DNA from: Candidatus Saccharimonadota bacterium
GTDB taxonomy: Bacteria > Patescibacteriota > Saccharimonadia > Saccharimonadales > UBA4665
DNA length: 32,000 bases
Reading direction: 5' to 3'
Assembly (NCBI GenBank): GCA_963716945.1
Contig: OY970322.1
Coordinates: forward strand, 1,020,001 to 1,052,000
The notes under the pieces were generated by a model, which worked only from the letters and a program-made list of their open reading frames with translations, ran no database searches and had not been told where the DNA came from. This document shows positions 9,483 to 17,218 of the stretch, in pieces; position 1 is the stretch's first letter, and each line of letters starts with the position of its first letter. Position numbers and translations under genes: made by a program.

Positions 9483-11693
9483 CTATAGGGACTGATAATA
9501 GACTTCAAGCGGCGGCTTGCTTGGATCGTAAGCCTCGCGAACATAGGTCGAGTTCCGGGCCTGGCCGGTTTCATCGAGGGCTCTAAGCCGTTCGCTCTCT
9601 AATGCCAGGTCCGTACCTTGCTCTTCAAAACAGGCTTGGCGCTGCTTTTCGCTGAATCTGTACTTCTGGCCGTCTCTGATTCTTAAGTAGGCGAAATGGC
9701 CCATGTTAGCCGCATTGCCGGAAGTCTCGCTGACCACTCCTTCGGACGTATGGACTTCCCGGCTGCAAGCCCACTTCCTGGCCAGTTTCAGGATCAGGTT
9801 TTCATAGTAGTGCTTGGTAGGCCGGGCTTTATCAGGGACTCCGCCATCAACGATTATTTCGAAATTGCGGTCCAGGGTGAGTTCGACTTCGCCGTCATCC
9901 AGCAAGAAATTTGCCCGAACGCTCTGGGTGTTCGGGTCATAGCGCAGCTTGACCGACTCCAGCCCCGACTCTCGGATCTCATCCAGCATCGTGAATTTAA
10001 TCGGACGCCGGCCCAAGAACCGCCTTTGGTTCGCTCTTATGTCTTGGCGCAAAGCCTCGTTCTCTTGCTCGTACGCATCAGGCGGCAAAACTTCCGGGTG
10101 GCGCCGGTAGAAATTAAGCATCAAGTGCTGGATGGGCTGGTAGTGGCGAAGCTCGGACTGCATGGCGGGCCTGAACAGCACGATGCCGCTTTCCGGCTCG
10201 CCTTCAAAGACCGGGTGGCAGGCCATCTGCAGAGTGCCCGATTCCAGATAGCTATGGACACCAAGTTCCGAAGCATTGCGGGCGGATTCAAGCAGTTCGT
10301 CTGATACTCTCTCCATATAGGCCTGAATGGCGTCTTCGAGCTCGGCTTGAAGTTCCGGCTTTGACGCCGACTCGCCTACGGGTACAAAAACTTCAACGGT
10401 TAAGCCCGGACTAAACGGAACCGCCACACTGCTGAGAGGCCTCTCACCTATAACATTGCGGGCAGCCCTAAGGCCATAAAAATACGGTGCGAAATGCTGC
10501 ATCCGTTTCGCGTACAGCGGGGACCGTTTGATTATCTTGAATATCTCGTCAAGGTCATCCGGCTTAGCGCCTAGATCGATGTCCTCATCGGTGTCCAGGC
10601 GTCTAACTCTAACCGGGTCGATTAATCTGGTATTGTGAATCATGTCCATCATTTGATCATTTTGTTCTTTGGAGAGATGGAGTAACGCTTCAAAGCTGGC
10701 TTTGACTCCTGCCCTTAAGCCCTCAGTGACTTTTGAGCCGTCATCAATTTCTTGCCCGCCACGAGTGCTTCTAAGCATAGACATTACTCTCATCGCTTGC
10801 GTTAATTCCGCGAACACCGGCATATCTTCGGATGCGAACGCTTCAATCGCAGCCTGAATTACATTGGCAGTGTAATTAGAGGTCATGTAAGTTTCTTGCA
10901 GCGACTCCAGCCTGAGGATTTTGTCCAAGGCGTCGGCGTCGGTCAGGCATTCGAAGACGCTGTTGGCCAGATTGACATGGATAGCCGGGAAGTCATCGGC
11001 GTTGTAACGCGTGGAGAAAACGCCTTTCAAGATCCTTTCGAAGTGCGCCTCTGCCGGCTTGCCCGGCAGCGAGCCTTTGATAATAGCGGCGAAGTTCTCC
11101 GGCTCGGCAGTCACGTCTTTGCCGTGGCGTTCGGCGTAATCGACGCTGCTGTCAATAACGGCTTCGGCTAAGTCGGGTTCGTCTATCAGCCCGGTAAGCG
11201 CCCATTCGAGCGCTCCGGCCTGCAATACTGCGTGGTCATCGCCCGTAACATCTTTGAAGTCGGTGAAGTTGCGGGCGAACTTTCGCAGCGCCATGCGTTC
11301 CTGGTGCTCGCGTTTCGAACGTCTGGTGACGGTAGCGGCAATCGTGTCCATTTCGGTTTCGTAGCTGTTGAGGCAAACGGCGTACTTTCGTTCCACCTGT
11401 TCGTGCAGCAGTTCTTCAGCTGTCAGGACGGGGGGTATCTCCACGTCGTGGTCCGGTTCTATAGGCCCTTCGGGATTGGCGGCCCCGGACTGCGCTTCCA
11501 GGCCTTTCAGCTCGGCCAGCTGGACCAGCTGGGCCGCCATTACGCCTATATGGTCCATTGCCTGCCGAGCCGTGGCGAAGTCGGGGTCCAGTCTGAATTC
11601 CTGCCCATACCACGCCCTTAAATCAGGACTATGCTCGGCTGCAATATCCTGTTCGACGCCATTAACAAGTTCGTGGGCCTCACCAACTTTCAT
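9483..11693 (-). CDS. Hypothetical protein, 736 aa, acidic, no TM or signal peptide, no recognisable domain
   Basis: Long uninterrupted ORF. I chose the ATG at 11693 (MKVGEAHELV...) because 11694-11842 is AT-rich and carries promoter elements on both strands. I saw no Walker A, HExxH or other catalytic motif. Confidence 0.7.
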   Translation of the reverse strand: MKVGEAHELVNGVEQDIAAEHSPDLRAWYGQEFRLDPDFATARQAMDHIGVMAAQLVQLAELKGLEAQSGAANPEGPIEPDHDVEIPPVLTAEELLHEQVERKYAVCLNSYETEMDTIAATVTRRSKREHQERMALRKFARNFTDFKDVTGDDHAVLQAGALEWALTGLIDEPDLAEAVIDSSVDYAERHGKDVTAEPENFAAIIKGSLPGKPAEAHFERILKGVFSTRYNADDFPAIHVNLANSVFECLTDADALDKILRLESLQETYMTSNYTANVIQAAIEAFASEDMPVFAELTQAMRVMSMLRSTRGGQEIDDGSKVTEGLRAGVKASFEALLHLSKEQNDQMMDMIHNTRLIDPVRVRRLDTDEDIDLGAKPDDLDEIFKIIKRSPLYAKRMQHFAPYFYGLRAARNVIGERPLSSVAVPFSPGLTVEVFVPVGESASKPELQAELEDAIQAYMERVSDELLESARNASELGVHSYLESGTLQMACHPVFEGEPESGIVLFRPAMQSELRHYQPIQHLMLNFYRRHPEVLPPDAYEQENEALRQDIRANQRRFLGRRPIKFTMLDEIRESGLESVKLRYDPNTQSVRANFLLDDGEVELTLDRNFEIIVDGGVPDKARPTKHYYENLILKLARKWACSREVHTSEGVVSETSGNAANMGHFAYLRIRDGQKYRFSEKQRQACFEEQGTDLALESERLRALDETGQARNSTYVREAYDPSKPPLEVYYQSL

Positions 11694-11699
11694 AAAAAT

Positions 11700-11738
11700 A
11701 AAATACCACAAAATAGCTAATTTGTAAAACGCCGTCAA
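11700..11738 (-). promoter_or_regulatory. Promoter for the 736-aa gene: TTGACG-17-TATTTT plus an overlapping extended -10 TGGTATTTT 6 nt from the ATG
   Basis: On the minus strand, TTGACG is at 11738-11733, TATTTT at 11715-11710, and TGGTATTTT at 11708-11700. The ATG is at 11693 and has no SD. Confidence 0.45.
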
Positions 11739-11761
11739 AGCGTAAGTACAATACAATACTA

Positions 11762-11789
11762 TTGACAACCTGACAATTAGGTGTATAAT
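11762..11789 (+). promoter_or_regulatory. Near-consensus sigma70 promoter: TTGACA, 16-nt spacer, TATAAT (with TG immediately 5' of the -10)
   Basis: TTGACA at 11762-11767 and TATAAT at 11784-11789. It lies about 54 nt upstream of the small ORF ATG at 11843. Confidence 0.6.
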
Positions 11790-11842
11790 CCAAATCAAAT
11801 AACCGCAAAAATAAGAGGTGGTGGGACCTCAAAGGGGCACCA

Positions 11843-12055
11843 ATGTATTCGTTTCTGGTTCTGGGCTTAATCCCGGGGACTAATATCCAAATCTCGTTTC
11901 AGGCTTGGCTGGTCATAATGCCGGTATTACTGGTATCGGCCGTGCTGCTGAGGTCGCCGCTGCGCAAGCTCATCGAGCTCGGTAAAGCCGCCGCGCCGCA
12001 CGAAGCGATGGACGCTAACCTGCTCCATCACCGTCTGCAGCATACGGCACGATAG
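11843..12055 (+). CDS. Small hydrophobic protein (70 aa), predicted membrane peptide
   Basis: The ATG is preceded by AAAGGGG at a 5-nt spacing and by a TTGACA-16-TATAAT promoter. The N-terminal half is hydrophobic (MYSFLVLGLIPGTNIQISFQAWLVIMPVLLVSAVLL) and third codon positions are G/C-rich like local genes. The 3' end overlaps the convergent sbcB by 41 nt. Confidence 0.45.
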   Translation: MYSFLVLGLIPGTNIQISFQAWLVIMPVLLVSAVLLRSPLRKLIELGKAAAPHEAMDANLLHHRLQHTAR

Positions 12056-13478
12056 ACTGGCCGTAGAGCTGGAGTTCCTCCAGCAGGTACTGCTGTTCAC
12101 CGCTTAGTTTGCCCTGGCTTAGTTCCTCGAGGCGGGCAAAATATTTGGCCAGTTTGCTGTCTTGGCCGCCGCTTAACAGTTTGCGCCGGCAGAATTCATC
12201 CCACTCGCCCTGTTCTTCGGCCGTCAGGCTGCGCGGATAGTTGCGGGCTTTGTAGAGCGGCAATAGTTCGCGCAGCCGGCTGTCCTGAAAAGTTTCGGCG
12301 AAACGGCCCAGCTGATCCGGTTTGGCCGCCAGGAGTTCGCGCATCGCCGTCTTGTCGGCATTACCGATGAAGCCGTCATACAGCCGGCCGTCAACCGTCA
12401 GCTGGTCGGCCACCAGAGTGGTTTGGGTTTGGTCGCGTTCTTCATCCAGGCGGCCGACGGCCTCCAGAACCTTTTTGGCGAACGCCGCCTGCCCGGCTTT
12501 CAGGCTTTCCAGATGCTTGGCGACGGTGGCCAGCGGCAGCTGCAAACGCTCCTGGACGGCCTCGTCTTTGATGACGCCCAGCGGCGCGACGGCCGGACAG
12601 CGGTTGTACTTCAGGGTTTTGACCGGCAGGCGGATAGCGGCGGGGTCTTTGCTGAACCGCCAGGCTTCGACGATTTGGTCGACATTCATTTTCAAAAACG
12701 GTGCCGGGTCAACGCGCAAATCATAAACCAGCGCGGCATCCTGGGGGTGTTTGCTCAGCAGCACGGCGGCCGTAGTGTGGGCGTATTGGCTGCCGTAGCG
12801 GCCCGACGTGTAGACGAACGGCGCGCCTTTGAGCACCAGTTCGGCGACCTTTTTCTTGTCGCGCAGCCCGAGCAGGTACTCGAACAGGTCTTTTTGCTTG
12901 GAGCGGATCAGGTCGGCTACGGCAATTGTGGCCCGGACATCGCTGAGGGCGTCATGGGCGCTGGTGTGTTCCAGCTTATTGACCTTGGTCAGGTATTCCA
13001 GCCGGTTGGCCGGCTTGCCGTCGGGGGCGAACGGCCATTCGATGCCGGCCGGCCTCAGCGCCCGGGTCATGCGCACGACATCAAGCAAATCCCAGCGCGA
13101 ACAGCCGTCTTTCCATTGCCATTCATAGGCGTCGCGGAAATTACGGTAATTCAAAAACCTCATGAACTCGTCATCGAAGCGGATACTGTTGAAGCCGGCG
13201 AAAATCGTGTCCGGCCGCACCACCTCGTCATAAAACAGCTTCAAGAACTCGGCCTCGGTCACCCCGTCGGCCAACGTCTGCTGCGGCGTAATGCCGGTCA
13301 CCAGGATGGCGTCAGGCTCGGGCAAGGTATCCGGCGACAGCTTGATAAGCACATTGACCGGTTCGCCAATCGGCTTCAGCGCCAGGTCCGTCCTCTGGCC
13401 GGCAAACTGCATAATCCGGGCCGAGCGCGGATTGAAGCCCGATGTTTCAAGATCATAGAAGAAAAAGCTGGCCGCCAT
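12015..13478 (-). CDS. sbcB: Exodeoxyribonuclease I (DnaQ-like 3'-5' exonuclease with SH3-like and C-terminal domains)
   Basis: Starting at Met112 of the 598-aa ORF, FFFYDLETSGFNPRSARIMQFAGQRTD, NSIRFDDEFMR, SRWDLLDVVRMTRALRP and HSAHDALSDVRATIAVA are colinear with E. coli SbcB motifs. The product is 487 aa. The upstream ORF extension overlaps obg out of frame. Confidence 0.9.
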   Translation of the reverse strand: MAASFFFYDLETSGFNPRSARIMQFAGQRTDLALKPIGEPVNVLIKLSPDTLPEPDAILVTGITPQQTLADGVTEAEFLKLFYDEVVRPDTIFAGFNSIRFDDEFMRFLNYRNFRDAYEWQWKDGCSRWDLLDVVRMTRALRPAGIEWPFAPDGKPANRLEYLTKVNKLEHTSAHDALSDVRATIAVADLIRSKQKDLFEYLLGLRDKKKVAELVLKGAPFVYTSGRYGSQYAHTTAAVLLSKHPQDAALVYDLRVDPAPFLKMNVDQIVEAWRFSKDPAAIRLPVKTLKYNRCPAVAPLGVIKDEAVQERLQLPLATVAKHLESLKAGQAAFAKKVLEAVGRLDEERDQTQTTLVADQLTVDGRLYDGFIGNADKTAMRELLAAKPDQLGRFAETFQDSRLRELLPLYKARNYPRSLTAEEQGEWDEFCRRKLLSGGQDSKLAKYFARLEELSQGKLSGEQQYLLEELQLYGQSIVPYAADGDGAG

Positions 13479-13489
13479 ACGTACCCACC

Positions 13490-13498
13490 AGTGTAGCA
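13490..13498 (-). promoter_or_regulatory. Extended -10 TGCTACACT 11 nt upstream of the sbcB ATG
   Basis: Minus-strand TGCTACACT at 13498-13490, then ggtgggtacgt, then ATG at 13478. Confidence 0.35.
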
Positions 13499-13509
13499 CC
13501 AAACTCCGG

Positions 13510-14790
13510 CTAGTAAGTGAAGCTGTTGGCGGGGTCGGGGCCAAGCTGGACGGTCTGGCCGGGGGCGACGCCTTGGCGGCGGAGTTCGTGCAGGATGCCG
13601 GCCCGGCGCATGATGTCGCGCAGGCGCTGGACGCCCTGTTCGCTGTCGAAATCGGTCCGCTTGGCGAAGCGTTCGATACGCGGGCCGGTGACGATGAACC
13701 GCCCGCCCGTCTTGCGGACCTGCCAGGCATCGGACGTATCGGCCAGGGTGAGGACCGGTATGGCCGGCTCCTTGGCGGCCGCGGCCGGCTTGGCGCGGGC
13801 TTTTTTGACAATGTCCTTGACGTCGAACAGCAGTTGCCGCAAGCCGGCGCCGGATTGCGACGAGATAGCGGTAATCAAGGTTGTCTTAGGTACGGCTTGG
13901 GCCAGCTGGGCAGTCAGGTCGGCGATAATTTCGCTGTCCAGGCCTTCGATTTTGGTCAGGGCGACGATTTCGGGCCGTTTGGCCAGCTCCGGTTGGTAGG
14001 CCGCCAGCTCGTCTTTGACCGTCCGGTAAGCTTCGACGACATTCTCGTTGTAAGCGTCTACCAGGTGGAGGATAACCGCCGTGCGCTCGATATGGCGCAG
14101 GAAATCATGGCCGAGACCCTTGCCCTCGGCAGCGCCTTCGATCAGGCCGGGGATGTCGGCGAACAGGACGCTGGTATCCTTATCGATGTCGACCACGCCC
14201 AGGTTAGGCGTCAAAGTCGTAAACGGGTAGTCGGCTATTTCCGGGCGGGCGTTGCTTAGCTTGCTCAGCAGCGTCGACTTGCCGGCGTTAGGCAGACCGA
14301 CCAGGCCGACGTCGGCAATCATTTTCAGCTCCAGCCGGAGCTCCAGGACCTCGCCCGGTTCGCCCTTTTCGGCGAAGTTAGGCGCTTGCCGGCGTGAGGA
14401 TACGAAGTGCGCGTTGCCGAAACCGCCGCGGCCGCCCTTGGCAACAACCGCCCGCTGCCCGTCCTCCACGAGGTCGGCGATGACGGTACCGTCGTCGGTC
14501 GTGGCCATGGTGCCGACCGGCACGGCGACAATCAAGTCTTTGGCGCTACGGCCGTGCATGCGCTGCTTGTCGCCCGGCTGGCCGTCATCGGCCCGGATCT
14601 CTTTTTGGTAGCGAAAGGCAACGAGGGTATTCTGGTTGCGGCTGGCCGCCAGCACGACGTCGCCGCCGTCGCCGCCGTCGCCGCCGTTAGGGCCACCCTT
14701 ATCGATAAACTTTTCGTGGCGAAAACTCAGCTTGCCATTGCCGCCGGAACCGGCCGCCACCGTCACTTTAACCTTATCGACAAAACTCAT
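13510..14790 (-). CDS. obg: GTPase Obg/CgtA
   Basis: A Gly-rich Obg fold (GGNGKLSFRHEKF...GGPNGGDGGDGGDV), G1 GLPNAGKST, DIPGLIEGA and a C-terminal OCT-like domain are present. Confidence 0.95.
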   Translation of the reverse strand: MSFVDKVKVTVAAGSGGNGKLSFRHEKFIDKGGPNGGDGGDGGDVVLAASRNQNTLVAFRYQKEIRADDGQPGDKQRMHGRSAKDLIVAVPVGTMATTDDGTVIADLVEDGQRAVVAKGGRGGFGNAHFVSSRRQAPNFAEKGEPGEVLELRLELKMIADVGLVGLPNAGKSTLLSKLSNARPEIADYPFTTLTPNLGVVDIDKDTSVLFADIPGLIEGAAEGKGLGHDFLRHIERTAVILHLVDAYNENVVEAYRTVKDELAAYQPELAKRPEIVALTKIEGLDSEIIADLTAQLAQAVPKTTLITAISSQSGAGLRQLLFDVKDIVKKARAKPAAAAKEPAIPVLTLADTSDAWQVRKTGGRFIVTGPRIERFAKRTDFDSEQGVQRLRDIMRRAGILHELRRQGVAPGQTVQLGPDPANSFTY

Positions 14791-14829
14791 AACTACTAGG
14801 GTAGCGGGTTTGGGGTCGCCGGTCTAGCT

Positions 14830-15918
14830 CTAGTGGGTGATGAAGTTCTGGAAGGTACTGTCGGATACGGTACCGACACCGACCCGGCCCCAGCCGGCCA
14901 AGCCGTTCATATCGCGGATTTGAATCGTGCCGTCCGGGTTAACGGCGGTTACGATAGCGACATGGCCTTCGCCGCCGGCCGCGTCGGCCGTTTGGGCAAT
15001 CGAGCCGACCGTTGGAATCGGGCTGACATTCCAGCCGCTCAAACGCGCGTAAAAGGCCCAGGTGGCGGCATTGCCCCAGTTAGCCGGTACGGCTACCTGG
15101 GTAGCGACGTACCAAGTGCAGTAACCGTAGTCGTAGCCGTTAGACCCGTAAACCGGCCCGCTGCCCCAAGGGAAACCGCTGGCGGCCGAGGCGATGGTAG
15201 CGGCGCTGGTACCGGCGACCGATTCGCTGGCATTGGGGATAATAATCTGCTCGCCGACCTGGAGGCCGGAAATCTCGGCGTCGTTATAGGCGATGATCTG
15301 GTCCTGATTGGCGTTAAACTTAGCGGCCAGACTCGCCGGCGTATCACCGGATTTAACCGTGTAAACGATGCCGTTAACCGGCGGAATTGTCAGCGTCGTG
15401 TTCGGAGCGACGTTGTCTCCGGTCAAACCGTTGGACCAGCGGATACTGTCGGACGTAACTCCGAACCGGGTAGCCAAGCTGGAAATAGTATCGCCGGCCT
15501 GGGTAGTGTAAGTCTGAATGTCGGCCCGCGACTTAAGCGCCGTAGCCACGACCTGCGGTTTGGTCAGAACGTTGTCGTTAGAAGCAGCAATGGCGATGTC
15601 GGCGGCCTGCGACTGGGCCTGGTTGGCGATAGCCGTGGTTTCCGGCAAAGCGTTGAGTTGGGCCACCGTCTGGGCGATGTCGGTCGAGGAAACCTGGTCG
15701 ACAGGGTTGCTGGCAGCCGCCGGCGGATCGTCACTTAGTAGCGACGGTGACGCCGTCGTGGCATGCGGATTTTGAAGCACGAAAGCCAGGATGATGGCCA
15801 CGATAACGACATTTGACAAAACCAGGCCTGTCCGGACAGCCCGGCGGCGGGTAGTTTTGCGACGCAATTTCGAAGCGACGTAACGATACGCTTTAGCCGA
15901 GCGGACGCCGGCCGGCAC
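14830..15918 (-). CDS. Membrane-anchored peptidoglycan hydrolase: two LysM domains plus a C-terminal CHAP amidase/peptidase domain
   Basis: N-terminal TM segment LVLSNVVIVAIILAFVL. LysM repeats are YTTQAGDTISSLATRFGV... and YTVKSGDTPASLAAKFNA.... The CHAP-like region has Cys in GYCTWYV and His in GHVAIV. The first canonical start is GTG at 15918 and has no SD, so the start is uncertain. Confidence 0.85.
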   Translation of the reverse strand: MPAGVRSAKAYRYVASKLRRKTTRRRAVRTGLVLSNVVIVAIILAFVLQNPHATTASPSLLSDDPPAAASNPVDQVSSTDIAQTVAQLNALPETTAIANQAQSQAADIAIAASNDNVLTKPQVVATALKSRADIQTYTTQAGDTISSLATRFGVTSDSIRWSNGLTGDNVAPNTTLTIPPVNGIVYTVKSGDTPASLAAKFNANQDQIIAYNDAEISGLQVGEQIIIPNASESVAGTSAATIASAASGFPWGSGPVYGSNGYDYGYCTWYVATQVAVPANWGNAATWAFYARLSGWNVSPIPTVGSIAQTADAAGGEGHVAIVTAVNPDGTIQIRDMNGLAGWGRVGVGTVSDSTFQNFITH

Positions 15919-16104
15919 GCTTAAACGATCAGTAGCCGTTGAGGAATGGGACGTGCTAATACGAATCTCCTGGCGGACTGTCGGCCCGCCAATACTTACC
16001 GGCCAGACGTTTAGATTAACCTGAGGCGAACCGCCTTAGCTTGAAATGTCTAGCGGAAAGGCAGCTGACGGGGGCACACAAAAGTCTACCCCTGTTAAAG
16101 CTAC
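15919..16104 (-). promoter_or_regulatory. Long (about 185 nt) structured 5' leader of the LysM/CHAP hydrolase gene; candidate riboswitch or attenuator
   Basis: Several hairpins can be drawn by eye: ACAGGGG..CCCCCGT, GTCAGC..GCTAGAC and CTAAGGCG..CGCCTCAG. Two competing helices lie around GGCGGGCCGAC/CCGCCAGGAG next to an AGGAG. See findings. Confidence 0.4.
16087..16097 (-). repeat. 11-nt direct repeat TAACAGGGGTA (minus strand), copy inside the leader
   Basis: Plus-strand tacccctgtta at 16087-16097 is identical to 16155-16165. Confidence 0.8.
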
Positions 16105-16110
16105 CAACCC

Positions 16111-16138
16111 ATTGTAGCAAAAACCAGACCCCATGCAA
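16111..16138 (-). promoter_or_regulatory. Promoter TTGCAT-16-(TGc)TACAAT upstream of the LysM/CHAP gene leader
   Basis: On the minus strand, TTGCAT is at 16138-16133 and TGCTACAAT at 16119-16111. Confidence 0.5.
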
Positions 16139-16154
16139 GGCTTTTATGCTTTAG

Positions 16155-16165
16155 TACCCCTGTTA
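16155..16165 (-). repeat. 11-nt direct repeat TAACAGGGGTA (minus strand), copy abutting the mltG stop codon
   Basis: Plus-strand tacccctgtta at 16155-16165, 68 nt from the other copy. Confidence 0.8.
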
Positions 16166-17218
16166 TTACTGGCTGCAGAGTTTGTGGCAGTACTCCTGGG
16201 TTTGGGTCTGGTGGTCCTGCAAATTAGTCGAGAAATAGGTCGTGCCGTCATCACCGGTGACGAAATAAAGCCAGTTAGTAGCCGCCGGGTGGGCGGCCGC
16301 GGCCAGCGCGCTGCTGCTGACCGTGCTGATCGGGCTGGGCGGCAGGCCGGGGTGTATGAGCGTATTGTAGGGCGAATCGAAGTGCAGGTTCGGCGCCTGG
16401 CCGGCTTCGATGGCGCCATAATCGGCGGTGACGTCGGAACCGAGGGTGGTATTGGCCTTCAACCGCGACAGGAAAACCTGGGCGACTTGGGTTTGGTCGG
16501 TCGGCTTGTTAACTTCCTGTTCGACTATCGAAGCCAGGGTCAAACCCTGATAAGTCGTCAGGCCTTCGGCTGCGAAAGCGGCCTGGACGTCCGGCGTCAG
16601 GTGCTGGCCCATTTCGACCAGCGATTCGCGGACAATGTACGACGGCGCGGTCGTCGAGTTCTTCTGGAAAGAATCGGGCCACAGCAGGCCTTCCAGGGTT
16701 GCGACGTTGGCCGGCTTGTAAGCCAGGGCCGGCAGGCCGCTGTACTGGGCGGGGTTCAAGGCCTGGTCGACCGCGGACGGCGTGAAACCGTCGTTAATCA
16801 AGTCCGCCCGGACCTGGTCGATCCGGCGACCGGGCAGGATAGTAACCAAGCGGGTCGTTACCTTACCGCGTGTCATGGTCGTGACGATCGAGACCGTATC
16901 TTGGCTCGGCGACAAGGCGTAAGTGCCGGCCTGAAGCAAATTGTTAAGCTCCTTGCTGTGGACGTAAAGCTGGAACGCCCAGGCGCTGCGTATCAGATGG
17001 TCCTTCTGCAAGTCATTGGAGATCTGCTTGACGGAACTGCCCTCCTCGACCGTGAAAATCTGGGTTTTCTGGTCGCTGCTGACCGGCCGCAGATCCAAGC
17101 TGTAAACGTGGCGCGAAATGAACACCCCAATGATAAATAAACAGGCAAGCCCGATTAGCAGCCACCAGACCCGGCGCGGCAGGCGTTGGCGTCTGCGGCC
17201 CATGGCGTAGCCCGGCAT
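16166..17218 (-). CDS. mltG: Endolytic murein transglycosylase MltG (YceG-like)
   Basis: N-terminal TM anchor, a LysM-like fold and a YceG core ending in the LYFVTGDDGTTYFSTNLQDH motif. The ATG overlaps the ruvX stop by 1 nt (TAATG). Confidence 0.9.
   Translation of the reverse strand: MPGYAMGRRRQRLPRRVWWLLIGLACLFIIGVFISRHVYSLDLRPVSSDQKTQIFTVEEGSSVKQISNDLQKDHLIRSAWAFQLYVHSKELNNLLQAGTYALSPSQDTVSIVTTMTRGKVTTRLVTILPGRRIDQVRADLINDGFTPSAVDQALNPAQYSGLPALAYKPANVATLEGLLWPDSFQKNSTTAPSYIVRESLVEMGQHLTPDVQAAFAAEGLTTYQGLTLASIVEQEVNKPTDQTQVAQVFLSRLKANTTLGSDVTADYGAIEAGQAPNLHFDSPYNTLIHPGLPPSPISTVSSSALAAAAHPAATNWLYFVTGDDGTTYFSTNLQDHQTQTQEYCHKLCSQ

Noticed and set aside
11694-11798. TTG start at 11798, which would give the 736-aa protein a hydrophobic 35-aa N-terminus (a possible membrane anchor).
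   Set aside because: The region is AT-rich and carries consensus promoter elements on both strands. There is no SD. The hydrophobic I/F/L/Y-rich translation is what AT-rich non-coding DNA yields. It remains possible at low probability.
13479-13811. 111-codon N-terminal extension of the sbcB ORF (P/R/S-rich).
   Set aside because: It overlaps the obg C-terminus out of frame. ExoI homology begins exactly at the ATG at 13478 (MAASFFFYDLETSG).
16021-16040. GGTTCG within ctaaggcggttcgcctcag looked like a tRNA T-loop.
   Set aside because: No acceptor, D or anticodon arms can be drawn around it. It is simply a short hairpin in the leader.
16040-16080. Plus-strand similarity of gcggaaaggcagctgacggg to the SRP (4.5S) RNA helix-8 sequence AAGGCAGAUGACG / GGAA tetraloop.
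   Set aside because: The sequences flanking the putative GGAA loop do not pair. The conserved 5' strand (GGUCAGGUCC) is absent, and no extended helix 5 can be drawn.
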